Notes: generated by a model from the sequence alone, not told the origin. 64,000 nucleotides of DNA from an uncultured Mycoplasmatota bacterium (GCA_900549625.1 URPE01000004.1:10885-74884), one strand, 5' to 3'. Positions 47,075 to 58,084 are shown, counted from the first letter of the stretch. Made by a program: numbers and translations.

Positions 47075-49885
47075 ATGAACGATAAAATAATTGTAAAGGG
47101 TGCGAGAGAAAATAATTTAAAGAACATAGACATTACTTTACCTAAAAATAAATTAATTGTAATGACAGGTGTTTCTGGGTCTGGTAAAAGTAGTCTTGCT
47201 TTTGATACTATTTTTGCAGAAGGACAAAGAAGATATGTTGAGAGTTTATCGGCTTATGCTAGGCAATTTATAGGAAATACTGATAAACCAGATGTTGATT
47301 CTATTGAAGGGTTAAGTCCTAGTATTTCTATCGATCAAAAAACGACTAATAAAAATCCACGTAGTACAGTTGGTACTATTACAGAGATTTATGATTTTTT
47401 AAGACTTTTGTTTGCAAGAATTGGGACACCTTATTGTCCTAATCATCATATGCCAATTAAGAGTCAAAGTATTGAAGAAATGACTAATAAAGTTATGAGT
47501 ATGGAAAGTGGTACGAAGTTAGAGATTTTAGCGCCAATAGTACATGGAGAGAAAGGTACACATAAAGAATTACTTGATGATTTAAGAAAGGAAGGGTATG
47601 CAAGAGTTAGGGTAAATGGTAATACTTTAAGTTTAGATGAAGATATTACTTTAGAAAAAAATAAAAAAGATAATATAGATGTTGTAGTTGATAGAGTAGT
47701 TGTTAAAGAAAGTGAAAGAAGTCGTATTTTTGAATCAATTGAAACAAGTACACATCTTGCTGATGGAAAAGTTCTTTTAAATGTTATTGGAGGAGAAGAA
47801 ATATTACTTAGTGAGCATTATGCTTGTGTGCATTGTAATTTTTCTATACCAGAGTTAGAACCTAGGTTATTTTCATTTAATAGTCCATATGGGGCTTGTC
47901 CAGAATGTAAAGGGCTTGGTACTAAGTTAAAGATTAGTGAAAATCTTATATTACCTAATAAAGATAAAAGTTTAAATGAGAATGCATTACTTGGGTTTAC
48001 GATAGATAATAATACTAATTATACAACTGTTAAAACTGTTTGTGATTTATATGGTATAGATATGAATATGCCAGTTAAAGATATACCAAAAGATAAACTT
48101 AAGATTTTATTATATGGTAGTAAAGAACCAATTGAGTTTAAGTATGTAGCTAAAAATGGTAATGTTAGATATAAGAATGATTATTTTGAAGGGGCTATTC
48201 CTAATTTAGAGAGAAGATATATGGAAACAACTAGTGCTTGGACAAGAGAATGGCTAGAAACATTTATGGTGGAAATGGATTGCCCGGTTTGTCATGGAAC
48301 AAGACTACAAGATAGTGTTTTGTCTGTTTATATTAATAAGAAAAATATTTATGATTTAACTATGATGAGTATTAAAGATTTAAGAGATTTCTTAAGAGGG
48401 TTAAAGCTTAGTCCGGAGCAAGAAAATATTAGTAAATTATTATTAGTAGAGATTGATAATAGATTATCTTTCTTAGTTAATGTGGGACTTGAATATTTAA
48501 CACTTAATAGAAAGGCTGGTACTTTATCAGGGGGTGAATCACAACGTATTAGACTTGCAACTCAGATAGGTAGTAAGTTATCTGGTGTTTTGTATGTTTT
48601 AGATGAACCAAGTATAGGATTACACCAAAAAGATAATGAAAAATTAATTCATTCTTTAGAAGAAATGCGTGATTTAGGTAATACTTTGATAGTCGTAGAG
48701 CATGATGAAGATACAATGCGGGCTAGTGACTATTTAGTTGATATTGGTCCTGGGGCAGGTGAAAATGGTGGATATGTAGTAGCGGCTGGAACACCAGAAG
48801 AAGTTATGCGTAATGAAAAAAGTTTAACAGGACGTTATTTAAGTGGTAAAGAGAAAATTGAGGTACCTAAAAAAAGAAGAAAGGGAAATGGTTTATTTTT
48901 AGAAGTTGTTAAAGCAGAAGAACATAACTTAAAGAAAGTAAACGTTAAATTTCCACTTGGTAAATTTATTTGTGTAACTGGGGTTTCAGGTTCTGGTAAG
49001 AGTACACTTGTTAATGAAATTTTATATAAGACACTGGCTAATGAATTATATCGTAGTAAAGAAATTCCTGGTAAATGTAAAGAAATTAAAGGTTTAGAAA
49101 ATATTGATAAAGTTGTTATGATTAGTCAAGACGCGATTGGAAGAACACCTAGAAGTAATCCGGCTACTTATATTGGGGTGTTTGATGATATAAGAGATTT
49201 GTTTGCTACTACGAAAGAAGCTAAAATGCGTGGTTATGATAAGGGAAGATTTTCTTTTAATGTTAAGGGCGGACGTTGCGAAGCTTGTTGGGGTGACGGT
49301 GTAAAGAAAATAGAAATGCACTTTTTGCCTGATGTATATGTTCCTTGTGATGTTTGTCATGGCAAACGTTATAATAAAGAAACCTTAGATATTACTTTTA
49401 AAGGGAAGAATATTAGTGAAGTACTTAATATGCGAGTTAGTGAAGCTGTAGAATTTTTTGAAAATGTACCAAAGATTAAAAGAAAATTAGATGTTTTAAT
49501 GGATGTTGGGCTTTCATATATTACGCTTGGGCAAAGTGCACCTACTTTATCAGGTGGTGAGGCTGGACGTGTTAAACTTGCTAAAGAATTACAAAAGAAA
49601 GCAACTGGTAAAAGTTTATTTATTTTAGATGAACCAACTACTGGATTACATTCACATGATATAAAAAAATTACTTGCTATTTTAAATAGAATTGTTGATA
49701 ATGGGGATACTGTTATTGTAATAGAACATAATATGGATGTTATAAAAGTAGCTGATCATATTATTGATTTAGGTCCTGATGGTGGTATTAATGGGGGCAC
49801 GATTGTGGCAACTGGTACACCAGAACAAGTAAGCAAAGTAGAAAACTCTTATACAGGACAATGGTTAAAAAAATATTTAAATTAA
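47075..49885 (+). CDS. uvrA: excinuclease ABC subunit A
   Basis: Two ABC modules (GVSGSGKSS, GVSGSGKST), zinc-finger Cys clusters, about 936 aa. ATG 47075 lies 8 nt after GGAGAG. Confidence 0.95.
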   Translation: MNDKIIVKGARENNLKNIDITLPKNKLIVMTGVSGSGKSSLAFDTIFAEGQRRYVESLSAYARQFIGNTDKPDVDSIEGLSPSISIDQKTTNKNPRSTVGTITEIYDFLRLLFARIGTPYCPNHHMPIKSQSIEEMTNKVMSMESGTKLEILAPIVHGEKGTHKELLDDLRKEGYARVRVNGNTLSLDEDITLEKNKKDNIDVVVDRVVVKESERSRIFESIETSTHLADGKVLLNVIGGEEILLSEHYACVHCNFSIPELEPRLFSFNSPYGACPECKGLGTKLKISENLILPNKDKSLNENALLGFTIDNNTNYTTVKTVCDLYGIDMNMPVKDIPKDKLKILLYGSKEPIEFKYVAKNGNVRYKNDYFEGAIPNLERRYMETTSAWTREWLETFMVEMDCPVCHGTRLQDSVLSVYINKKNIYDLTMMSIKDLRDFLRGLKLSPEQENISKLLLVEIDNRLSFLVNVGLEYLTLNRKAGTLSGGESQRIRLATQIGSKLSGVLYVLDEPSIGLHQKDNEKLIHSLEEMRDLGNTLIVVEHDEDTMRASDYLVDIGPGAGENGGYVVAAGTPEEVMRNEKSLTGRYLSGKEKIEVPKKRRKGNGLFLEVVKAEEHNLKKVNVKFPLGKFICVTGVSGSGKSTLVNEILYKTLANELYRSKEIPGKCKEIKGLENIDKVVMISQDAIGRTPRSNPATYIGVFDDIRDLFATTKEAKMRGYDKGRFSFNVKGGRCEACWGDGVKKIEMHFLPDVYVPCDVCHGKRYNKETLDITFKGKNISEVLNMRVSEAVEFFENVPKIKRKLDVLMDVGLSYITLGQSAPTLSGGEAGRVKLAKELQKKATGKSLFILDEPTTGLHSHDIKKLLAILNRIVDNGDTVIVIEHNMDVIKVADHIIDLGPDGGINGGTIVATGTPEQVSKVENSYTGQWLKKYLN

Positions 49886-50014
49886 GAATGAGATATATTA
49901 AAAACTTATTCTTTTTTTGTTGCTCTATTAATGATAGTTATTTTTAATAAAAGCTTGGCAAATATATTTTTAAAGTGTTAGAATAGTTTTTAACTTTTAT
50001 ATTGGGAGGTTTTA

Positions 50015-50986
50015 ATGACAAAAATTTTGATAGGTGATATGTTAGAAAAAAGTGAAGAAGCATTTTTGATGGCAATTGAAATATATAATAAACCAACAAT
50101 TAATTATAGAATAGAAGGTTTTTCATTCTTTATATGTAATGCTTGGGAATTGTTATTAAAAGCTCGTTTAGCACAAGAAGGGAAAAGTATATATTATAGT
50201 GATAAGCCTAATAGGACAATCTCTTTGTCAAGATGTGTAAGTATGGTGTTTACTAATGATAAGGATCCGATTAGAAAAAATCTGGAGATTATAATAAATT
50301 TAAGAAATACATCAACACATTTTATAATAAAGGAAATGGATTCTATTTATTTTCCGTTTATGCAAGCTAATGTTTTGAATTATTCTCAGAAATTGTTTGA
50401 TTTTTTTGGGAGAGATATAACTAATAAAATAAATAGTTCTTTTATGACTTTAGTTACTAATCATGAAGATGTTTTGGAAGAAAACATACTTAGCCGATAT
50501 GGTGATATTATTTTTTCAAAATATAGTAAATTAAAAAGCGAAACAACTAGTTTAATTAGTGATAATGCCAGTGATAAATTAGCTATAGTTGTTGATTTAA
50601 ATTTAAGGGCTGTTAAAGATAAAGACCAAGCTAAATTAACTTTTAGGTTTGCAAAAGATGCTTTAGAGCCAGCTAAAGTTATTACTAAAGTAAAAGATCC
50701 GAATTTAACCCATAATTTTACCCAAAAAAGAGTAATTGAAATTGTTACTGAGAATTTGAAACGAAGAAATATTGAATTAAAAATAAATCAATATGAATTA
50801 AAGTTGATAGTTGATAAATTTAATTTAAAAGGTAATGACAAATATTATTATCTTCATGAAATGACTGGCCGTTGGGGTTGTTCACAACAATTAATTGATT
50901 TTATTACAGATTTGCTTTATAAAGAACCAAATATCTTGGATACAATTAAACTTGAATTAAAAGAGAAAGGGAAAGTTAAGAAATAA
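50015..50986 (+). CDS. DUF3644-like protein
   Basis: N-terminal AIEIYNKP..FFICNAWELLLKARL..ISL..NLRN..TH pattern, recalled for DUF3644. Not verified by search. Confidence 0.5.
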   Translation: MTKILIGDMLEKSEEAFLMAIEIYNKPTINYRIEGFSFFICNAWELLLKARLAQEGKSIYYSDKPNRTISLSRCVSMVFTNDKDPIRKNLEIIINLRNTSTHFIIKEMDSIYFPFMQANVLNYSQKLFDFFGRDITNKINSSFMTLVTNHEDVLEENILSRYGDIIFSKYSKLKSETTSLISDNASDKLAIVVDLNLRAVKDKDQAKLTFRFAKDALEPAKVITKVKDPNLTHNFTQKRVIEIVTENLKRRNIELKINQYELKLIVDKFNLKGNDKYYYLHEMTGRWGCSQQLIDFITDLLYKEPNILDTIKLELKEKGKVKK

Positions 50987-51288
50987 AAAAACTTACCCCA
51001 GGAGCAAAGGAATTCTAAATATACAAGTGTATATCTACCCTCATTTGAGGACCCAGCTTTTATCCGTCTCAGGTAAGTTGTTAAACATAATATACCGAAA
51101 AATGTATTTTATGTCAATTTATTTTATGAATTTAATATAAAATTATGTATAAAGTTTTAATTAATTTAAGTTATTATTCTTTTTAACTTGAATTTTTCTT
51201 TACACGTTTACATTTTATTTATTGATTATTTATTGCTTATAGTAATACTTTTTGATATCTTTAATAGGCAGCTAGAAAGAGTGAGAAT

Positions 51289-51432
51289 ATGATAAATAGT
51301 ATTATCTCTGTATTAATTCAAAAAGATTTATATAGTTTTATTATGTATTTTATATCGTTTATTTTATTATTATGTGGATTTACAGCTATCTTGCTTATAA
51401 TTACTATAAGAAATATAGAGAAGAATAAATAG
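51289..51432 (+). CDS. possible 47-aa hydrophobic peptide (below the ORF-track cutoff)
   Basis: ATG 51289 after GAAAGAGTGAG. One TM (FISFILLLCGFTAILLIITI). Followed by the hairpin TTTCGCAAAA..TTTTGCGAAA. Confidence 0.25.
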   Translation: MINSIISVLIQKDLYSFIMYFISFILLLCGFTAILLIITIRNIEKNK

Positions 51433-51681
51433 AAAGATAAGTTTCGTTTCGCAAAATCAAAAAAAATTGCTTTTTGCGAAATGGAAAATGATATAAAAAG
51501 TTATTGTAATTGCTAGAACAAAACATGAAGATTATAAATATGAAGGAATTAAAATAATTAATATTGCTAATAGGTTAGCAGGTAGTAAGTTTTAAGTTTA
51601 CATTTTTGATATGTAAACTTTTTTGGCGTTGATTGTAAACAATATGGAAAATTGTTATCCTTTTAGTAGGAGAGTGGTTGG

Positions 51682-52635
51682 ATGAAAAAGATTATATTTG
51701 TTTTTTTATTTATGATGTTATTTTGTTTTAATTTAAACGTAGTTCGGGCATTAACTCGTGATGAAGAACTGTTAAATGCTATTAAAAACGATGACATTTA
51801 TAAAGCTTTGATTTCAGAAAATAATGCATGTGAGGTCGTTATTAATGATGACAAATTAATATATACTTATAATGTAAACAATGAAAGTTACACTACAACA
51901 TTTATGTTAACTAATGAAGATATTATGTTAATAAATAGTAGTGAGACAATGAATGGTAAAATAATTGATGGTTTCTTTGTTTCTAGTGTTATTAGAAGTG
52001 TGGCTTCATTAAATGGGAATACAAAAGAAGAAATTGATAATCTAAATATTACTGAACTTAATAATTATAATTATGAAGATAATGGTATAGAACTTAAAAC
52101 TACAACTAAAAAAGTAGAAGAAGAAACTCTATATGGACATTCTTCAGTTACATATGATGAGATTAATTCTTTTAAAATTAAAAGAAATTTTAAAGTTGTT
52201 AGGACAAGTGATTATAAGGATACAAGAGTTGTTAATGGGGTAATTAATGGTAATACGTTGACAATAACTGGTGATTATAGTAATGGTGATGAATGTAATG
52301 TTTATGTAAGTGATGAAGCGGATGCCCTATTTTATACACGTTATAAAACTATTGCCTGTAATAATCAGGTAGATTTAAGCGAGTTTAATGATAAGACATA
52401 TTATTTTAAAGTGGCTATTAGTACTTCTAATACTTGGAGTAGTCCAATTACTTATAATTATGTTAATAATACTAGTGTGGTTAAAAGTTCTGTTATTAAA
52501 GAGAGTATTAAAGAAGGTGAAGTGGAAAATCCAGATACTGGTTTTAAGACACCTATTATGGAAATAGTACTATTTTTAGGTTTATCTTTAGGTGTATTCT
52601 TTATTAGTCGTAAGAAATATTTAAGGAGGTTATAA
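51682..52635 (+). CDS. cell-wall-anchored surface protein with NPDTG sorting signal
   Basis: Signal peptide. C-terminal ENPDTG, then hydrophobic stretch, then RKKYLRRL. Confidence 0.7.
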   Translation: MKKIIFVFLFMMLFCFNLNVVRALTRDEELLNAIKNDDIYKALISENNACEVVINDDKLIYTYNVNNESYTTTFMLTNEDIMLINSSETMNGKIIDGFFVSSVIRSVASLNGNTKEEIDNLNITELNNYNYEDNGIELKTTTKKVEEETLYGHSSVTYDEINSFKIKRNFKVVRTSDYKDTRVVNGVINGNTLTITGDYSNGDECNVYVSDEADALFYTRYKTIACNNQVDLSEFNDKTYYFKVAISTSNTWSSPITYNYVNNTSVVKSSVIKESIKEGEVENPDTGFKTPIMEIVLFLGLSLGVFFISRKKYLRRL

Positions 52636-52636
52636 T

Positions 52637-52999
52637 GTGTGTTGTATATTTTGTGATATAGTTAGTGGAAAAGGTGATTGTCTTAAGTTTTATGAAGATG
52701 ATTTAATAATTGGGATTATGGATAAGTATCCCTTTTGTGATGGGCATGCTCTTTTAATACCAAAAATACATTACGAAGATGTTTTTGCATTACCTAGTGA
52801 GGTCTTATATCATATTAGCGAAGTTGCTAAAAAGTACACACCAATTTTTATGGAAAAATTAGGAAAAGAAAGTATGACAATTTCTTATAATTATGGTAAT
52901 AAGCAAAAAGTTAAACACTTTCATATGCATATATTACCTAATATTGATGATGAAGCACATAGCAATATAGATGATATATATAAAAGAATAATTGGTTAA
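52637..52999 (+). CDS. HIT-family (histidine triad) protein
   Basis: HFHMHILP triad. GTG start 7 nt after AGGAGG. Confidence 0.8.
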   Translation: MCCIFCDIVSGKGDCLKFYEDDLIIGIMDKYPFCDGHALLIPKIHYEDVFALPSEVLYHISEVAKKYTPIFMEKLGKESMTISYNYGNKQKVKHFHMHILPNIDDEAHSNIDDIYKRIIG

Positions 53000-53065
53000 A
53001 ATTACTAGTAATAAATAAATACTATAAACCATATTATTAATGGTATAGATTTTAAAATATAATTA

Positions 53066-53107
53066 TTAGCACTTTTTATTGACAAGTGCTAATAATAGTG
53101 GTATAAC
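53066..53107 (+). promoter_or_regulatory. CIRCE-like HrcA operator overlapping the hsp20 promoter
   Basis: TTAGCACTT-N9-AAGTGCTAA (consensus TTAGCACTC-N9-GAGTGCTAA). TTGACA lies inside the spacer, then 17 nt, then TATAAC. Confidence 0.75.
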
Positions 53108-53134
53108 TATATCGTGAAAGGAAATGGTGAATGT

Positions 53135-53521
53135 ATGAAATTAATACCAAGAAATTATTATTTAGATGATTTATTTGATAGTTTTCTATCAAGTGAGGAG
53201 GTTAACATGAAATGTGATATTTATGAACATGATAATAAGTATCATATTGAAATGGATATTCCAGGATATAAGAAAGATGAAATTAAAATTGAAAGTAATA
53301 AAGGTAATATTGTAATTACTGCTGAAAAGAAAGAAGAAACTAAAGATGAACATAAAAAATATCTTCGTAAAGAAAGAGTTTATGGTAAAGTTCAAAGAAG
53401 TTTCTATCTAGGCGATATTAAAGAAGATGAAATTGAAGCATCTTTCAAAGATGGAATATTAGAAGTAGTTGTTCCTAAACTTGAAGAAAAAGAAACTAAA
53501 AAATATATTGAAGTTAAATAG
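53135..53521 (+). CDS. Hsp20/alpha-crystallin small heat-shock protein
   Basis: Alpha-crystallin domain (DIYEHDNKYHIEMDIPG..GILEVVVPK). ATG 53135 is preferred over the track's upstream start at 53114. Confidence 0.85.
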   Translation: MKLIPRNYYLDDLFDSFLSSEEVNMKCDIYEHDNKYHIEMDIPGYKKDEIKIESNKGNIVITAEKKEETKDEHKKYLRKERVYGKVQRSFYLGDIKEDEIEASFKDGILEVVVPKLEEKETKKYIEVK

Positions 53522-53624
53522 TGAAAGAGAGAAAAATGTTTTTTCTCTTTTTAATTGGTTGAAATTTATTGCATGTTGTAAAAAAAATTGGTACAATTTA
53601 GGGGAATAGAATAAGAGGGATATT

Positions 53625-54986
53625 ATGAATAATGATAATAATGAAAAAAATATTAATACAACAGAAAGTTTAGGTAATATTGATACATTGGGAAGTATTG
53701 ATAATAATCCGTTTCCTGGGTCTATTAATTTACAACCTGAGGGAGTGGTAAAACCTATAGAACCAGAAGTAGCAAATCAAGGTAATATAGAGCCACTTAT
53801 GTCGGCACCACTTACTAGTGAAACTAATCTAAATGAGTCACAGAATATGAATAATAATGTCTATCCTAATCAAATGAATATGACAACTGCAAGTCAACTA
53901 GGAGATAACAACATTAATCAAATAAATCCTATGAATTCTGTAACGCAAAATAATAACGATGTTTTTGCTAATCAAATGAATATGAATAATCAATTTGCTA
54001 ATAATGGTATTAATCCTATGAATGAAAATAATATGATGGGTGTTCCTGTACCACCACAAGTGGAAGCTGAAAAACCAAAAAAACCAAAGAATGGTAGTAA
54101 AAAGATACTTATTTTGCTTATTGTTGTAGTTCTTATTGCAGCTATAGGAGTTGGTGTTTATTTTGTTTTAAATAAAAGTAAAAATAAAGTTGAAAAGATT
54201 GTTATAACACCAATTGTAAGTCGTATAGAACTTGGAAGTGATTTGGATTATACAAAAGCAAATACACTTGTTAAAGTAACCGGATATGATATTAATAGTT
54301 GTACTGTTACAGGTAATTTAAATGTCTTTTTAGCTGGTACTTATTCTTATACAGTTACTTGTGGTAGTACTACTTTGTCTTCACAAACAGTTGAGGTAAA
54401 AGATACTACTGTACCAGTTGTAGAGTTAAAAGAAGTTGTTGTAAGACCTAACTCAGAAGTTTCTGCCATGGATTTTGTGGCAAGTGTTACTGATGCTTCT
54501 CCTTATACAGCTGAATATGTAACAGAACCAGATACTAGTGCTATAGGAACTTATGAAGTTTCAATAATAGTAAGTGATGCTTATGATAATAAAACAGAAG
54601 AATTAAAGGGAACTTTAGTTGTTAGTGAAAATGCTCCAGAGTCATATTTGATTTGTGCAAGTGATAATGCAGAAACAAAGTTTACAACTAATTATCGTTT
54701 TGGTATTTCAGAAGGTGGAGCTTTATATAATCAAAAGAAAGAGCTTACTTATACTCTTGATACAAAAGAGGCTTATGAAGCAATGAAAAATGAATATAAA
54801 GAATCTAAAACAATAAATGGAGTTAAAGGATTAGCTGTTTTTAATGATAAAAAATTAGAAGTAGTGTTTACATATGAAGTGTCTTTAGAAGATTTAGCTA
54901 AAGAATTTAATCTAAGTGAATTTCCAACTGTTGATGGAGAAATTGAAGGATTATTCCCTAATGGCTGTGAGATTGAAGGAAATTAA
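53625..54986 (+). CDS. single-pass membrane protein with N/Q/M-rich cytoplasmic N-terminus and extracellular Ig-like domain
   Basis: About 150 aa of low complexity (NQMNM repeats). TM KKILILLIVVVLIAAIGVGVYFVL. DTTVPVV..Ig-like segment. Confidence 0.6.
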   Translation: MNNDNNEKNINTTESLGNIDTLGSIDNNPFPGSINLQPEGVVKPIEPEVANQGNIEPLMSAPLTSETNLNESQNMNNNVYPNQMNMTTASQLGDNNINQINPMNSVTQNNNDVFANQMNMNNQFANNGINPMNENNMMGVPVPPQVEAEKPKKPKNGSKKILILLIVVVLIAAIGVGVYFVLNKSKNKVEKIVITPIVSRIELGSDLDYTKANTLVKVTGYDINSCTVTGNLNVFLAGTYSYTVTCGSTTLSSQTVEVKDTTVPVVELKEVVVRPNSEVSAMDFVASVTDASPYTAEYVTEPDTSAIGTYEVSIIVSDAYDNKTEELKGTLVVSENAPESYLICASDNAETKFTTNYRFGISEGGALYNQKKELTYTLDTKEAYEAMKNEYKESKTINGVKGLAVFNDKKLEVVFTYEVSLEDLAKEFNLSEFPTVDGEIEGLFPNGCEIEGN

Positions 54987-55040
54987 TAATTAGGACAAAT
55001 ATTATAGTTTGTCTTTTTTCTTAAGGAAAGAGGTGTTTTA

Positions 55041-55799
55041 ATGCTTGCATTAATTACAGGGGCTTCATCTGGAATTGGAAGAGATATGGCTCGTTATTTA
55101 GCTACTAAAAATATAGATTTAATATTAGTAGCTAGAGATAAAGATAGTTTAGAAAAATTACAAAATGAATTAAAGGTTAATGTTAAGATTTATGTAAATG
55201 ATTTAAGTATTAAAGAAAACGTATATGAACTTTATGAAAAAGTGAAAGATGAAAATATTGATATTTTAATTAATAATGCAGGTTTTGGCTTGTTTGGAGA
55301 ATTTGCTAAAACAGAGTTAAACCGAGAATTAGAAATGATTAATTTAAATGTTGTTGCTTATCATATATTAACAAAACTTTTTTTGCAAGATTTTATTAAG
55401 AAAAATAATGGATATATATTAAATGTTTGTTCTAGTGCGGGGTTTATGGCAGGACCACGTCTTTCAACTTACTATGCAACTAAAAATTATGTTTTAAAAC
55501 TTACAATGGCTATTTATGAAGAACTAAAACAAAGTAATAGTAATGTTAAAATATCTGCTTTATGTCCAGGACCAGTTAATACTAATTTTAATAGAGTAGC
55601 GCATGGATCGTTTACTATAAAAGGGGCAAGTAGTGAATATGTAGCAAAATATGCGATTGATAAAATGTTTAAAAATAAGTTACTTATTGTACCAAAGTTT
55701 TCGATTAAATTAGCTATCTTTTTAACAAGGCTTGTTCCAACAAAACTAATTCTACCAATTGTTTATCATATACAGTATCGTAAAGAAAGGAATTATTAG
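55041..55799 (+). CDS. short-chain dehydrogenase/reductase
   Basis: TGASSGIG, NNAG and YYATK motifs. Confidence 0.85.
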   Translation: MLALITGASSGIGRDMARYLATKNIDLILVARDKDSLEKLQNELKVNVKIYVNDLSIKENVYELYEKVKDENIDILINNAGFGLFGEFAKTELNRELEMINLNVVAYHILTKLFLQDFIKKNNGYILNVCSSAGFMAGPRLSTYYATKNYVLKLTMAIYEELKQSNSNVKISALCPGPVNTNFNRVAHGSFTIKGASSEYVAKYAIDKMFKNKLLIVPKFSIKLAIFLTRLVPTKLILPIVYHIQYRKERNY

Positions 55800-55870
55800 A
55801 ATTTTTTTCTTTTTTAGATTGCAATGTTTTTTTTCTTAAGTTATAATCATTTTATTGTGAAGGATGTGTA

Positions 55871-57994
55871 ATGATGAATAATAAAGAAATGCTTGCTAAA
55901 GAATTAAATGTTAAAGTATCACAAGTAGAGGCAGTATTAAATTTACTTAGTGAAGGCTGTACAATTCCTTTTATAGCTCGTTATAGAAAAGAAGTTACGG
56001 GTTCTTTAGATGAAGAACAAATAAGAAGTATTGAAAAAGAATATGCTTATTTAGAAAGTTTAAAGAAACGTAAAGAAGATGTTATAAGACTTATTAAAGA
56101 AAAAGAAATGCTTACTGATGAACTAGAAAAAGAAATAATGAATGCAACTAAGTTAAGTGAAATAGAAGATTTATATAGACCATTTAAAGAAAAGAAAAAA
56201 ACTAAGGCTAGCGAAGCTATTAAAATGGGTTTAGAGCCACTTGCTAAGAAAATTATGTCTTTTCCAGTAAAGGGTGATATAGAAACACTTGCCTCTCATT
56301 ATAACATGGATACGGCTAAAGCATTAGAAGGGGCTAAATATATAATTAGTGAATGGATTAGTGATAATGCTTATTATCGTAAAAGAATTAAAGGTGAAAT
56401 ACTTAGAGATGGTAAAATTTCTAGTAAATTAAAAAAAGGGGCTATTGATGAGCATAAAACTTATGAAATGTATTACAACTTAGAAGAAAAAATAAAATAT
56501 GCTAAGCATTACCGTATTTTAGCTATGAATCGTGGAGAAGATGAAAAAATACTTAATGTCTCTCTTTCTTTTGATAAAGAAAAAATATTAAGTGATTTAG
56601 AGAATAAAATTATTAAAAATAAGGATTCTTTTGTAGTGCCTTATGTTACTGAAGCTATAGAAGATGCATTAAAACGTTTAATATATCCAAGTGTAGAAAG
56701 GGAAATACGTTCTTTACTTACAAGTGAAGCTGAAAAGAAGGCTATTGTAACATTTCAAGATAACTTAGAACATTTATTAATGACTAAACCAATAAAAGGT
56801 AAAACTGTCATGGGCTTTGATCCGGCATTTAGAACTGGTTGTAAATTAGCTGTATTAAATCCTTATGGGCAAGTACTAGAAATAGCTACAATTTATCCTC
56901 ATGAACCTAAAAAAGAAATTGAAAAAAGTAAAGAAGTTATTAAAAAGCTTATTGATAAGTATGGTGTACAAATAATAGCTATTGGTAATGGAACTGCATC
57001 AAGAGAAAGTGAAGCATTTGTAGGTGAGACTATTCATGGGACTAATGTTTTATATAACCTTGTTAGTGAAGCTGGGGCAAGTGTTTATTCGGCAAGTCCT
57101 TTAGCTATTGCTGAGTTTCCAGATTTAACGGTTGAAAAAAGAAGCGCTATTTCAATAGGAAGAAGAATACAAGATCCATTATCAGAATTAGTTAAAATAG
57201 ATCCTAAGAGCATTGGTGTAGGAGAATACCAACATGATGTTAATCAAAAAGAATTAACAGAAGCTCTAGATTTTACGGTATCTAAAATAGTTAATGAAAT
57301 TGGTGTAAATATTAATACAGCAAGTAGTAGTATCTTATCACATATATCTGGTTTAAATAAAAAGACAATTAATGAAATATTAAAATTTAGAGAAAAAAAT
57401 ACTTTTAAAAATAGATATGATGTTAAGTCTTTGCCTGGATTTAGTGATAAAGTATTTGAACAAGCAATTGGTTTTTTAAGAATAGTTGATGGTGATAATA
57501 TTTTAGATAAGACAAGAATTCATCCAGAAAGTTATGATTTAGTTTATAAAATGCTTGATATTCTTCATCTTGATATAAAGGATTTTGATACGACTAATTT
57601 TAAAGAAACTATTAAAAACGCACAAGTTGATAAACTAGCAAGTACTTTAGAAACCGATATATATACTTTAAAAGACATAAAAGAAGAACTAGTGACACCG
57701 GGTATTGACTACCGTGATAAATTAGATGATGTAATATTAAAAAGTGATGTTTTAAATATTCATGATTTACATATTGGTATGGAACTTACGGGAACAGTAC
57801 GTAATGTTACTAGTTTTGGGGCATTCGTAGATATAGGACTTCATGATGATGGACTTGTTCATATTTCCAAAATGAGTAAACAATTTGTAAGCAATCCAAG
57901 TGATATTGTAAGTGTTGGTGATATTGTAAAGGTTTATGTTTGTAAAATTGATTTAGATAAAGAACAGGTTGGTTTATCTTTAATTAAGGAATAA
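55871..57994 (+). CDS. tex: Tex-like transcription accessory protein (YqgF, HhH and S1 domains)
   Basis: N-terminal IPFIARYRKE. C-terminal S1 domain GTVRNVTSFGAFVDIG. 707 aa. Confidence 0.9.
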   Translation: MMNNKEMLAKELNVKVSQVEAVLNLLSEGCTIPFIARYRKEVTGSLDEEQIRSIEKEYAYLESLKKRKEDVIRLIKEKEMLTDELEKEIMNATKLSEIEDLYRPFKEKKKTKASEAIKMGLEPLAKKIMSFPVKGDIETLASHYNMDTAKALEGAKYIISEWISDNAYYRKRIKGEILRDGKISSKLKKGAIDEHKTYEMYYNLEEKIKYAKHYRILAMNRGEDEKILNVSLSFDKEKILSDLENKIIKNKDSFVVPYVTEAIEDALKRLIYPSVEREIRSLLTSEAEKKAIVTFQDNLEHLLMTKPIKGKTVMGFDPAFRTGCKLAVLNPYGQVLEIATIYPHEPKKEIEKSKEVIKKLIDKYGVQIIAIGNGTASRESEAFVGETIHGTNVLYNLVSEAGASVYSASPLAIAEFPDLTVEKRSAISIGRRIQDPLSELVKIDPKSIGVGEYQHDVNQKELTEALDFTVSKIVNEIGVNINTASSSILSHISGLNKKTINEILKFREKNTFKNRYDVKSLPGFSDKVFEQAIGFLRIVDGDNILDKTRIHPESYDLVYKMLDILHLDIKDFDTTNFKETIKNAQVDKLASTLETDIYTLKDIKEELVTPGIDYRDKLDDVILKSDVLNIHDLHIGMELTGTVRNVTSFGAFVDIGLHDDGLVHISKMSKQFVSNPSDIVSVGDIVKVYVCKIDLDKEQVGLSLIKE

Positions 57995-58084
57995 AAGTGT
58001 ACATTTTGTACATTTTTTTACTTGTTTTCTTTTAAATTAAAAAATAATTGGTTATAATAAGTAGTAGAAAGACATGGTGATTTT

